Shown piece by piece: positions 12,760-24,712 of a DNA stretch of 64,000 nt. A program made the position numbers and the translations under genes. The notes beneath the pieces are model-generated. The model did no database searches. It was given only the letters and a program-made list of their open reading frames with translations, and was not told where the DNA came from. The stretch covers positions 433,724-497,723 of the forward strand of contig MU008200.1 of the NCBI GenBank assembly GCA_010909165.1, given 5' to 3'. Within the stretch, counting starts at the first letter, position 1; each line of letters starts with the position of its first letter. This DNA is from Anthoceros angustus. Taxonomy: Eukaryota; Plantae; Anthocerotophyta.

Positions 12760-13997
12760 AACTATTGATTTGAGCAACTGCTTTCGGGCGAGTTCTTGGC
12801 CATTCTAGGGACATACAGAACATCAGTCAAGGTTAGAATGGAGCCATCACTTAGTCTAAAATTGCAAGAACCCTGTCCTAGAATCTGTAGACTTGTAGTA
12901 TTTTGTTCATCACCAAGATATACCCGATCTATATTAGAGTTAGGGATGAGGGATGCAAACAAGTTCATCCGGATGTGAAATTATGTGGCCGAATCCAGTA
13001 CCAAGTTGCCTTGTCACCTGTTAAGGTAGAGGCAAAGCATGATCTAGCTGTTGGTTTGTGGGTATCTCAGTTGTCCTTCACGGGCCTTGGCGGAAAAGAG
13101 CAGGAAGGTTTTGTGGCTCTGGCTTTCTTCTTTCGACAATCCCTAGCCCAGTGACCAGGAATACCGCACCAATTGCAGTTTCCTGTTCGTTTGGATGAGG
13201 AGGTTCCTGCATCAGGAAGGGCCGTCATGGCGGGCGTCAGTAAGGTAGTATGTCCATGTTTACCTCGTGGAGCCCCTCGTCCACGGAAGGCGATCGGCCT
13301 CTATCGGCTTTGGTTAGATAGGACCGATATCGGCCTGCTGCTCTTCACGGAAGAGCACCAATCACCTCGTCTAAGGTGAGTGTCGTATTCGCCCGGCTCC
13401 GTGACCATAGCTGTCGATGGGGCGTTGTGTCTTGAGGGCAAAAGATTGGTAACTGGGTGGCAAGCTAGTGAGCAATTAAGCAATCACATCCACCTCATCC
13501 ATAACAATACCAAGGGAGGTAAGCTGGGCTCGAAGGTGTCGGAGCTTGCTGGTGTGAGCAAGCACTTTGTCTCCTTCTCTCATTTTGAGTCCATAAAATT
13601 CCATACGAAGAGTACAGAGTGTGAGAACGTTATTTATTTTATACTGACTTTCTAGTTGTGCCCAGATTTCACTGGCCTTGGTGAGGAATTCAATCTATGG
13701 TATGAGCTCCTCAGTCAAGCCAGAAACAAGGAGGGCAATGCCTATGTTGTTAGCATGATCCCATTTGTCTCTGTCGCCCTGGAGTGCTGTGGTGGCAGGT
13801 TCTGGAATGGAACCATCAATGACGCCCCAGACTCCTCTAGCCAACAAAGTCGATTTCATCCTCACTCTCCACACCTCATAACGCTGACCATTAAACCTGT
13901 CCTTTTCTTTGAGCTCTAAAGTGAAGACAGGGTGGTAGGATCCAGTTGGTACAGGTGGTGTAGGTGGCGGAGGAGGAAGAGGAGGGGACTGAGCCAT
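12760..13997 (-). pseudogene. gag: C1 gag (with CCHC zinc knuckle) and aspartic protease, frameshifted
   Basis: MAQSPP...KEKDRFNGQRYEVWRVRMKSTLLARGVWGVIDG; CNWCGIPGHWARDC at about 13135-13176; TWYLDSA followed by VYLGD and LTDVLYVP. Confidence 0.9.
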
Positions 13998-14134
13998 GGT
14001 ACATAGGCTGGTAGGCTAATCTGTGGATCCGCCTGTCTAGGGGTGTGGTAATGAGAGAGCCACAGTGAAGCTTTGAAGGAGGTCACGAAACGACATGTCG
14101 ACTTCGAAACGCTACTTTAAACAGGTATTAATGT

Positions 14135-14218
14135 GAAACCCTAACTCCAATGTGCCCTTTCACGTGAACCGAAACCCTAACTCCAATGTGCCCTTTCACG
14201 TGAACCGAAACCCTAACT
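14135..14218. repeat. Perfect 36-bp tandem repeat (2.3 copies) containing a telo-box and a G-box
   Basis: GAAACCCTAACTCCAATGTGCCCTTTCACGTGAACC starts at 14135 and 14171, with a partial copy at 14207. Confidence 0.95.
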
Positions 14219-14653
14219 GTCCTGAACCGATTTTTTAGGAACAGGAAGCAAGGTTGGGAGGAACATCCCCACATCAGGCCGTACAAGAGAAATTGTCGTA
14301 TCTGGTTGGCTCACAAGATCGGTTTGCCTCAATTCCTTGAAGAGAAGCTCCACGCGCCCATTTGTTTCTGCAGAAAGTGAATCAAGTCTTGTGATTACTC
14401 TTGAATTCTGCACCATGGAATGGTGACCCTGTCTGGCCAGAACCTGGAGCAGAATATTCTGAAGATCATTGATGCGCCAAATTAGATATCTAAGAGCAAC
14501 AGCAATTTCTGGTAACTGTGAAGGGTCAATATCCAATTCGTGTGTTTCTGGTCCAGCACTATCTTCGTGCTGAGGTTCAATCAAATTGGCTTGACAACTG
14601 CACATTACGGCGGATGGGCCTTGATTCTGACGACCTCGCCTTCGTGAAGGCAT
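14213..14653 (-). CDS. Extra ORF between PBS and gag in C1 (146 aa, Arg-rich start, amphipathic helices); function unknown
   Basis: ATG-started open frame MPSRRRGRQNQG...SQLPEIAVALRYLIWRINDLQNILLQVL; analogous ORFs lie at the same position in C3, C4 and C6. Confidence 0.5.
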   Translation of the reverse strand: MPSRRRGRQNQGPSAVMCSCQANLIEPQHEDSAGPETHELDIDPSQLPEIAVALRYLIWRINDLQNILLQVLARQGHHSMVQNSRVITRLDSLSAETNGRVELLFKELRQTDLVSQPDTTISLVRPDVGMFLPTLLPVPKKSVQDS

Positions 14654-15135
14654 TTCCAGAAATTAGTGATTTAGAAAATAGGTTCATAATTTTCCAAAAC
14701 TCGGTAATTTTATGTGTTGAAAAACATTGTGTGCAGGAGGGGTAGCTGGAGCTTGAGCAGACTTCCACAATTATTCTGAAATAATTGTGTGACTTTGCTG
14801 AAGTCCCTGTTACTCTTCCTGGACATCAATTTCATATTGTAATAAAATTATATTTTGCAATTCCTGAAATTCCTAATGCGATCACGCATAGAATCCCTCA
14901 TGCGATTGCACAGCGGAATTTGTATTTGATAGGATCGAAAGGTTGAAAACGAGACTTGTCCAAACTCTGAGATTCAACCTCTCTGACGACACAATGGATT
15001 GCTTTATCATAGCTACCATTGAACGCAAGATGATACCAATCCATCAATAAAAAAAATAATAGCCTCAATCCAAGGATAAAGGTATCTAGCTAATGAGGAT
15101 CTAGTAGTCATCCTTGCGTGGTCGTCAAGAGCAGA

Positions 15136-15147
15136 GCTCTAATACCA
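15136..15147 (-). promoter_or_regulatory. PBS (tRNA-iMet) of C1
   Basis: TGGTATTAGAGC (1 mismatch to TGGTATCAGAGC) directly after the LTR CA. Confidence 0.85.
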
Positions 15148-15361
15148 TGTTCGGAATGAACCATGGTCAGAGTGCACGAGGGACAAGAGAATATGATTTT
15201 ATTCAGAATGCAATGACAACAACAATAAATGCAGAGTCTTAGTGTGTTTATAAAACCGTCCACCTAGGTGACCCTTCGCTAGATGACTCTTGGAAAAATA
15301 ACCTAAGTATATCTAACCTAAGGGTAAATCCCTAAGCGGGTAAGATTAAACCCTCTTAACA
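15148..15361 (-). repeat. 5' LTR of C1 (214 bp)
   Basis: TGTTAAGAGG...CCGAACA on the minus strand, with TATAAA and AATAAA, abutting the PBS. Confidence 0.8.
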
Positions 15362-17512
15362 TATATGGCCTGCATTTCCTGGTCTCCTCTGCGCTCCTCA
15401 TGTGAGGGAAAATCCCCCACCTCCAGCAATCCCACCGGTGCTGCCTCCACTCCTTCAATCCTTGGCCCTGGTGCGCTTGAGGAGGTTTGCCCTCCCATTG
15501 TTTTCCTCAAGGCAAAGGGCAAAGGCCTCTCCAAGTTTGGCCTAAGGTGGATGATTTCAAAAGGATGTCAAGCATCCTCAAGCTCCTTGCTGGTCAAGAG
15601 CCCCTCCGTCTCCCACAAGTGCACTAAGTCGGTGTTGAGGTAGCATGGCCTTGCTCCTCCTTCATCCATTGTGTTGGGCTTAAGAAGCTTCTCCCTATGA
15701 TGGATGTAAGCCTCATACATAATGGTCCCCCAATCCGGCTTGGCTCCCTGAGCGATCTTCCATAAGAATTGCAGAAAATTGGTACTGAAGTAAGAGGTGC
15801 GCTGATAATTTACCAATCCCAAGACAATCTTGGCAAAGAGCCTCCACTTCAGCTCCTTGATGCTATCCGTCTTCCATCCGTTCTTGGTGTGGGCCTTCAT
15901 CCCTCCGTCCATCAAATCCAAGACTTCCTATGGGATTTCCGAAGTGGAAATTCTCTTCCCCACGTTCCTCCTCTCGAGGAGAGCAATTCCTAAGCTCTCC
16001 TCCTCCGGACTGCCATAAACTTGACGAATACTCTGGACTATCCGGATGAGATCGGTCAAGACATTCCCTTCGCGGCCAGTGGGGCTACCTCCAGGTGATG
16101 GAGGTTGATGAAACACTCCTCAATCGGCTCCAAATTGGTGTAGGCCATTGGCGGCCATACACCCATCCCAATTGGATGTTCTCCTCTTCCGCCCACTGCC
16201 TAAAATCCACCAAATCGCGGGGGTTGAGCTGCCCTGCGAAGCAAGTGAATTGTGGCATCTTAAAATCGCCTCCTCTCGGCGGCGCAGCTCCTACTACTGG
16301 CTTCTTGCCTCTGCCTGCACCTGAGGATGAGCCCTTGGCGGGCGCCTCCTTCCCCTTGCCCTTAGCAGCTCGAGGCATGGCTGCCACTTTCCACTTTGGC
16401 TCGGCAAAAAAGTCCCCAATTGCAAGCTCTCGCCTTCTAGTGCCTCGGCCCAAGAATTCTCCTGGAAAGCAACTGCATCACAACCTCAAGGTTAGCCAGC
16501 TTCCACTCCTTCTTCTCTTCTTCTTCTCCAACATGCAAAGGCGCCTCTACCAAATTGCTTGCGCCTTCTGACTCTTCCTTCAATTTCGTTCTTTGCTTCA
16601 CACTTTGGTGCGTCGCCTTCGCCGCTCCCTCGGCACCTCGGCAATTCTGCGGCCTCTCGCTTCTGCGGTGGCGACTTCCATTTCACTCCTTTCCCTTTCT
16701 AGCCCTCTGGAAATGCAGGCTGGGTTTCTCCCTTTCTTGACTCGCGTCGACCTTCCTCTTGTTATGGCGGCGATGGCGATGGCGCCTCTTACTTTCCAGC
16801 AGCTCAGGCAAACAAAGTCACTCCCCAATTGCAAGCTCTCTCGCCCTTCTAGTGCCTCAGCCCAAGAATTCTCCTGGCGGAAAGCAACTCTGTCACACAA
16901 CCTCAAGGTTAGCCCTGGCTTGCTTCCCACTCCCTTCTTCTCTTCTTCTTCTCCAACATGCAGGCGCCTCTACCAAATTGCTTGCGCCTTCCTGGTGACT
17001 CTTCCCTTCAATTTCGTTCTTTGCTTCCACACGCGTCGCCTTGCCGCTCCCTCGGCACCTCGGCAATTGCGGCGCTGCGGCCTCTCGCTTCTGCGGTGGC
17101 GACTTCCTGCATTCACTCCTTTTCCCTTTCCTGCCTCACTGCAGGCTAGGGTTTCTCCCTTTCTTCACTCGCGTCTGACCTTCCTCTTGTTATAGCGGGC
17201 AGCGATGGCGATGGCAGCCTCCCTTTCCTTCTCCTTCTTCTTCCTCTTACGCTCCAGCTCCAGTCCTTCGCGAAGTGAAGATGCCTCAGTTCGGAGGGAG
17301 AGTTGGCGCTGCCTAAACTGGACTTTGCCCTTCTTAGATGGTTGCCACCTGGAGGCCCCTCCACCCTAGATTGGATCTACCATTCTAAATTACCTATCCC
17401 CTTATCCTATTTTGGCTTTTAACTAATTGTTTCTTAATCTAATCGCAAAACCCCCTATTTAGCCTATTTATCTAATTCCCTATTGGCAGGCATATATAGT
17501 GAGTATGCCTTT
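15362..17512 (-). mobile_element. Gypsy G1c, left fragment (internal promoter and 5' two-thirds of the extra ORF); same host continues at 32443-32604 and 39072-39240
   Basis: Homologous to 3120-4050 (+). Core WRLFAKIVLGLVNYQRTSYFSTNFLQFLWKIAQGAKPDWGTIMYE at 15568-15921. Host sequence rejoins across the G2a and C4 insertions and aligns to G1a 2820-3140. Confidence 0.8.
16386..17220. repeat. Tandem duplication, period about 409 bp, two copies differing mainly by small indels
   Basis: TCCCCAATTGCAAGCTCT occurs at 16413 and 16822; the downstream sequences are colinear. Confidence 0.9.
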
Positions 17513-17989
17513 TGAGGACCACGGACTCTCCCTCTAGGTAGGAAATGGGTCAGGTTTTTGTTTTTTTTCGTAGGCGTGGAGCAGGAAATAAGGCGGAAAG
17601 GAAGAAATAAGTCCGGAATACTCAGATTGCCTTCTTGGTAAGTTTGAAGGACTCCGGAGCACACTCCCGGGAGGAGCTCACGGGCTCGCTACAAGGGGGA
17701 GGCGGGGGGTGGGTCGGACCGCCTCGAGTGTAGGGTCGGTCAGGACCACCTCGGAGCAGGCCAGGATAAGTCGCCAAGTAAAGTAACAGGAGTCCGATGT
17801 TTGCGGTAAATGGGGCCGTGGATTCTTGAGAGGTGAGCAGGCATCACCGAGAACCGGGGATGCGTGCAGGCACTTGTGGCGTTATAAGCAGTATTCAGCT
17901 TTGATGCAGTAGCGCGGTAGCAAAGGCCTTCGTCTGTGGCCATCAAGCCCGAGTAAGGCGGGCGTAAAGCGGGAGTAAGCCATACGAGG

Positions 17990-20780
17990 CCTCGGCACAG
18001 CAGTTCACAGGCGTGAGCCGCCCTTTTGCTTGGCCCGGTTACTCTCGGCGTTGCGACGGGCGGTCATTCCTCCCAACGACCTCGCGACGGTTCTCGCAGT
18101 CTCTCGCGCTCAGGCACCCACTCTGGCGTTGTCTTTTCGAGCGCCCAAGCACCCTCACACGTAGCTCGTCATTGGGGTTGGAGCGACCGGCGCGGTGGCA
18201 GAGGAACATAAGGCGGATGAGCTTCAAGCCCCAACAGCGGAACAGGAGGAGCGTGGCAATGGGGCCCAAGAAGGTGGCGGAAGCGTGGGAGCCCTGGCGT
18301 CTGGTAGAACGCAACAACGTCACCAAGCGCTACCCAGACTTTGGCCCGTGGCTGGAGGAGGCGGAGGAGCTCGTGGAGGCCCAGCACTGGATATTTTCAG
18401 TTATAGGACTACGTTGCCTAGTCAGGGAGTATGCGGGAAGATGTTAGCGGCCAACAGGAGTCGCTCAAGAACTGCAGGAGGATCGGGGAGGTGGACGTGG
18501 AAGTCTAAGGCGGTCTATAGCGAGTCCGGCCGGAGGAGTAGGGGAGTAAGGGGCTGAAGGTGAGGGAAGGTGGGCGGCGAGGCGGCCCTTTTGCGACCAG
18601 GGACACAGCGATCCTCCAATGGTGGCTGATGTCGGACCTCTGAAGAGGAGGTTCTGACGATGGCGAAAATCATTGTCCACTGGAATATGCTCACCAAGGT
18701 GGACCACCTTGGTGATAATCTGCTGGTGTTCCTTCATGCCTTCTGAGGAGGAAAAGCATGAGGAAGGATCATCTTGGAATCAATCAGAGCCAAGAAGTTG
18801 AGGCGAAGCCACCTCCCGTCCAGGCGTTGTGCGTTCATCATCCATGTGTGGGGGCACATGAACCTCCTGAAGGAGGAGGAAGAGGAGCGGGCGCTACGAA
18901 AGGGGCTAGCCGCCCTACCAGAGGCGGAGCGTGAAGGAAAAACGCAGGAGGCTGAGGCCCGTCCGGTCCGGACCAAGCGGGTCCGAGAGGAGGACGACTG
19001 GGAGGGGATTCCGGACTCTATACGTCTGGAACGGACCCCCTCGCCACCCAGGGAGGTGTGGGAAGACATTCCCGCTTCTCTCCTCTTGGTTCCCCCACCG
19101 GAGCACCCTGCGCAGGAGGAGGCGACCATTACAGGCGGAGTCATGACGCCAGCAGCCAACAACGACTCAGCCCATCGAACCCCACCCCGACTCGGGAAGC
19201 GAGAGGCGGAAGGCGCCTACCAACGCAGCCTGTGCCGGGCCTTTATCTCCCTACCAACTGAGGGCGGGAAGTGGAGGAGGCGTGGCGGCGCGGAAAGACG
19301 CTGCCTGTGGAGTTGGAGGCACCGCGCACTGCCCGAGCCTGCCCCTGTCCCAACCGGGAGGGCAAGAGGGCTGTTCCGGACCTTCACCACCTCCGAGCCC
19401 TAGCCAAGAAGGCGGAGAAGGAGCTAGCTGACCAAGAGGGCCAAGAAGAAGGGAGGTCCGAAACACTCGGGACCTGAGGGTCCCGACAGTCGGAGCCTGG
19501 CCTGACTCCTTCTGACTGCAGATGGCGATCCTTAACGGACGGAGATGCCCGCACTGGGACTTTCTCGGGTGTCTCTCTATGGAGGAAACACGACGGGTTT
19601 TGGCTACCGTCATGGATTTTGGGAGGCTTAGTCTGCGAACATGGAGAAGACCAAAGAAGTGGAGGCCACCACGACTTGATGGTGGAGAGCCTGTAAGGTG
19701 TAGAGCACCAAGCGCGAAGAAGGCGGAGTCCCTCGCAAGGATCGAGGAGGAGAAGCGCCGGCGGAGAGAGAGGCCAGGTCCGATCAACAGATCAAGTAGA
19801 TCCTTCAGCGGCAAAGTGTGCGAGAGGCCCAAGCACGGGCTGAAGACCTTTGCAGACGGAGGGAAGTAGCGAGAGGAGCCTGGAGGAGGCCCGAGGACAA
19901 GCGAGCGGGGACCGCCGAAAGGCTCGGCAGAACAACACCAAGCCGGGAGGCTGTGAAGGCGGCGCGGAGGCGGACGGCTAAAACCGACGGACCATTACCG
20001 CCAGACAGGGAGGAGGAAACGGGCATGCCACGCTAACCGAAGGCCGAGCAAACCGCCGCAGAAAGGGGTACATGGCCGAGTGGGGAGAAGGAGGCCAAGA
20101 ATCGGGAGATGGAGGATCTCCGGACCCGCCATACGGAAACGAGGAGGCACGGCAGAAATGGAGGACCGCAAGGAAACCTTGAGCTATGCCTCAAGACAGT
20201 TAGCGGCATGGAGCCCTCCAGGGAGTGATCGCGGACCATGAGCGGGAGATAGGGCGGCTCCAGCTCTGTTTGAGGGTGGAGGAGAGTTGGCGGCGATCCA
20301 AGAAGTTGGACATCGCCGAGTTGAAGAAGAAGCTGGGGAAAGCCAGGAGCCAGGCGGAGATGCCGGACCGCCTGGAGAGGGAGATGGCGGACCTCCGGGC
20401 AAGGATGAACGGAGGGGAGAAGGCTCTGAGAGAGGAGCAAAAGCTGCTTGTCCTAGGTGCGGAGGCGTAGGGAGGAACGCAGCTCCATGGCGGCAAAATT
20501 TGGTCGAGCTACAAAACGGAGGAGGTGGAGGTGGCGAGGAGGCTGCGAGGGAAGTGATGGAGGCCTCCTTGGTGGCCTCACAGACTCTTCCCGTCTTGGT
20601 GGCCAGATGCAGCAGGGGCGGGCCAACAAAACCGCCCGGTGCCGGAGCACCCTGGCGAAGGGAGTGTAGGGTGCTCGGGCGCACGTGGAGGAGGCAATCC
20701 AACAAGTCGACTCCGACTTTGCCTTCTACCACGCGGAACTCCTCAAAGCTCTGGAGGTCCTGCGTCAACCACTGACTATG
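17990..20780 (+). pseudogene. G2a extra ORF, distant homologue of the G1 extra ORF, with C-terminal coiled coil; frameshifted
   Basis: One frame from 18660 reads MAKIIVHWNMLTKVDHLGDNLLVFLHAF*GGKA*GRIILE...CAFIIHVWGHMNLLKEEEEE. IAELKKKLGKARSQAEMPDRLEREMADL at about 20300-20400. Confidence 0.6.
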
Positions 20781-21249
20781 ACCGGACCTCCCGGGAGGGA
20801 TCCAGGAGGAGGGATGAAGGCCCCAGTGATAGCAGAGACCATTCGGCGGCGCGAGTAGCGGGGAAGGGGCCAGTGGAGGCAGGACATGGCGGACACCACC
20901 TGGGCCCAGGTAAGTCTTCCCCACTTGCCACGGAAGGAAGGGAGGGGGGCCTCGAGAGGGCCATAGAAGGAGAAGTCCTGGAGGACTTGGAACGACGTGG
21001 GGGTCCGGTGGGAGAGGATGGACACCCGAGGAGTCCGCAGGGAGAAGAAGTCCAAGGACACAGTCCCGGACCACGAGATCCGGACTCAGAATAGGCCGGA
21101 CCGAGGTCCATTGCAGATGAGACCGGACCCCAAGGTCCGGCTCAAGTCCCGACCTCGAGGCGGACGCGACGGAATCCAGTGGGGCAGGCGGGAAAGTCCT
21201 CACCCACCGCTAGGAGGCAACCTCCTGGGGCCCGGGCAGGGGCCCACGG

Positions 21250-21514
21250 TGAAGGAATAATTATTGTTTATGAGTTGACTCATGCTAGGGTTAGGTTATC
21301 TTAGTTTAGTTAACTTATCTGATGTGTAAACTAGGTCTAGTCACCTAGTACCCTTTCGGTAAGGTTGTGACTCTTACGAGTAGACGTAACACTTGGTATC
21401 TTAATTAGGTTGTTTTAAGCATAAGCAAGTTACTCTTTATTTGATCTTTCAATTCAATCAACAATGTAATTGTGTTTTATATAATTTAGTTATCCAATTC
21501 ACATAAAATCTTCA
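21250..21514 (+). repeat. 5' LTR of C2 (265 bp)
   Basis: TGAAGGAATAA...AAATCTTCA; followed by PBS TGGTATCGAGC (21515-21525, one base missing). Confidence 0.95.
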
Positions 21515-21699
21515 TGGTATCGAGCAGGATAGATGGAGATGCATCTAGTATGCACACACAAATTTTCTGCATTAGAAGATGTGCGAAAGATGTGTTTTAT
21601 TATTGTTTTGAATAATAACATGTTCTTGAAAAGGAACTTTTAAAGAAACATCAAGAAATGAATTTTGTGTTTCTCTTTAAAAATCTATACAAATTCTTG

Positions 21700-22441
21700 C
21701 TGCATTAGGTAGCCATTCTAGCGTGCATTCATTGAATTGCTCCCTTGAGCAATTGCAATGAACATACACTAGAAACGCCAATGGGCAAAATTATATATAG
21801 AAAAATACAAAGAAATATAAGATGCGAATTTCACTTATAAAACACAAATCCCTACGGCACATGGCCAATTTAGATGCGCACTGCAGCACACCACCGCTAC
21901 TCGAGAATCATCCTAGGCAAAATAGGTCAAGAATTGATGGGCACACAATTGCTTCGATTACATTCGGCATCCTACAATGGAGCCAACAAAACCAAAATAG
22001 ACCTATGCAAATTGATCCGAGAGGCATTTAATACTATTGTGGAATTTCTCTATCCTCAAGAGCGAGAATCGGTGTTTACTCTTCCTCCAAGAAATCCACT
22101 AAATTTGCGGCGTGTACAAAGAGCTTTTGATGGAAAGCAGCCCGTGGTTTCATCACAACTCAAACACAAACAGTGTCGGCACAATAATTAATCATCAAGC
22201 AAATAACAGGATAGTGGACGACGCACACAAATTAATGGACACTTGTCTACAAGCGTTGACTTACGATCCGAAGGAGCAAGTTGCACACTTGGACTACAAA
22301 ATGGTTATCTTCAAGCCCGAGATGCTCAAAAATCCAGTGTTCAAAACACGCTGTAAACAAGTAAGACAAATCGTGAGCGCTTTAGCTCACTTAACTCGTG
22401 TCCATCTTGCTCCACGTATGCCTACAATAGGTTCGAGATGA
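21700..22441 (+). pseudogene. Decayed ORF in the C2 leader (between PBS and gag), product unknown
   Basis: One frame reads TLETPMGKIIYRKIQRNIRCEFHL*NTNPYGTWPI*MRTAAHHRYSRIILGKIGQ...; a frameshift leads into DAHKLMDTCLQALTYDPKEQVAHLDYKMVIFKPEMLK. Confidence 0.4.
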
Positions 22442-22586
22442 GGAGCTCCAAAATTGCACGAGGAGGATCCGGGATCAAAACACGCACGCAATCAAGCGTT
22501 ATGAGCGGTGTGTCCGATCGGGGCGGTTTTGGGGATATATTCAATACATGAATTTGAACACGAGGTCGAACAACAAGCCATAAATA

Positions 22587-24712
22587 TGGCGACCTCAACT
22601 CCAAACTATGGAGGTAATGAATCCTTCAAGGAGAAGGATCGGTTCAATGGCAATGACTTTGACATATGGCGATCCGGATGGAGGGTCCTCGAAATGAGGG
22701 GCTGTGAAACATGCAACCGGAAAGGTAGTGAAACCGAGGATCTTCGGGAGAAGAAGAATGGTTAGCTAAGGATAGCGGAGCCAAGTACCTCATTCGCGGT
22801 GGCACGACAACCGAAATGTTGAGGCAGCATGGGTGGAAACTTCAGCCGAAATCATGAATCGTCTAAAGGAACTCTGCAGCGAACATGGTCGGTGCAATGA
22901 CAGCTTTAAGAAATTTCCAGAACTTGAGAATGAAGGATGGGGACTCAGTGGAGAAGCACGTGAGTACCTTTAGGACCCTAGCCTCCCGGCCGTGGTGCCT
23001 CTAAAGTTGCCATCAAGGATGATGAGATGGTGATGAGGCTCTTCTTCTTCGAGTCTTGGTCACACCGTGACCTCCCACACACTCGGACACAAGCTACTGT
23101 TAGCTAAGCAAGGCATAGAGATGCAGATGTCATTCTCACAACTTGTGAGTTCCATCAAGAAGAGGCAAGCGAACTAATCACAAGAAAGGAAACAACAGTG
23201 ACACCTCAAATCAAGGCGAGGAGGCAAGAAATCCTTCTCCAAAGGAGGTGGTGGAAATCCTTCCAAGGGAGGTAGCTCAGTGATCCTCATGGGAAGAAGA
23301 CTAAAAAGCGTGCACACGCGGTGCAAGCCTGGACATTGGGAAAAGAGTGTCAAAAAGCAAGCTGGAATTCCTCGCAAGGAGGGCACCAGGCGCCAATGTT
23401 GTGGTAAAGAAGGCTAATACCCCATCAGCTCTTACAGTTGGGACTAGGGAGTTTGCTAGTCCATTGCTGCTTCCCACTTGCCTTTTTGCCAAAGCTAATA
23501 TGAAACCAATAGATGAATGGTATTTAGATACGGGTGCTACTGCACACATCTACTTTGATAGAAATGCTTTCAAAACATATAGGTCTTTTCCGTCGGATGT
23601 TTACCTTGGGGACAGTCTCTAGTCTCACATGGTCGTGGCTTGAGTTGCTAGTTCCTAGGATCACACTCATGTTGTTAGAAGTCTACTATGTGCCAAATGA
23701 CTAGAAACCTTATTTCGATCGATTGAATGCGAGATAACAACGATCACGTTGTTTTCACTAGGACATGTAGAATCATAGATGCTATTGACCCTAGAAAGGT
23801 CCTTGCACATGGGTCTTGGACCACGATCATTGTCTCCATTTGCATGGAGTAAGTCCCACGACGACGTCTCCTTGCATCGCACAAACACAAAGTCTAAGTT
23901 GTGGCATGCACGCTTGGGTCACCCTCACATGGCAAAGCTGCAAAAATTGGTTATGGTGACAGTATCAAGATGGACCTATTGGCCCTTTGAGCCATACCTT
24001 TATGTGAGGCTTGTGTGTTGTCGAAGAAACACCAAGCTGCCTTCAAGAACAAAGCACCTCATCGTGCTGATGATCTCCTTGAGCTTGTACATACTAACCT
24101 ATGTGGACCCTTATCTCAAGCGTCCATAGGAGGTGGACGTTATTTTCTAACGTTCTGAGATGTGACAAAGCGGTTGTCACCACCTATATCCGAAGAACAA
24201 AAGCGAATGTTTCTCCTACTTCAAGGAATACATCAAATTCGCTGAGCGTTGGACAGGAAAACAACTCAAGACCCTGAGATCTGATAATGGCGGGGAATTT
24301 ACATCTAATGAATTCCAGCAGTTCTGCAAAGATGAAGGCATTGGACGCCAACTCACCATTGTATACACTCCACAACAGAATGGAGTGGCAGAGCGCTTGA
24401 ACCTCACATTGCAGGAGATGGTCTCCTCATTGTTACATGATGCTCATTTGCCACTACCATACTGGGCTGAGGCTTGGATGACTTCAACTTTTCTACTGAA
24501 CAGGTTGAAGGCAAAACTCCTTATGAGGCTTTTACAGGCAGGAAGCCCTCTATTCAATACTTGAGGATCTTCGGCTGTCTCGCATATGCCTTCATCCCTA
24601 AACAAAAACGCGATAAAAGTCAGATAAGGCATAGCCGCTTATCTGGGTATGAGGGATTAAAGCTTACAAGCTATATGATGTCCCCACAAATAGAGTCATC
24701 TATGCTCGGATG
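22587..24712 (+). pseudogene. gag-pol: C2 gag, protease and integrase, heavily frameshifted
   Basis: KEKDRFNGNDFDIWR; EWYLDTGATAHI (about 23515-23550); KLWHARLGHP; LRSDNGGEFTSNEF...TPQQNGVAERLN; LRIFGCLAYAFIP. Confidence 0.9.

Larger units (their letters stand above)
9470..15361 (-). mobile_element. Ty1/Copia element C1: 5' LTR, PBS, upstream ORF, gag-PR-INT-RT-RH; 3' LTR missing
   Basis: Copia domain order (INT before RT); PBS and TG...CA LTR at the right end; no copy of the LTR found left of RNase H. Confidence 0.93.

Noticed and set aside
20184-21203. 339-aa minus-strand ORF
   Set aside because: Pro/Ser/Gly-rich shadow frame of GC-rich G2a sequence; alternative start codon and no domain motif.
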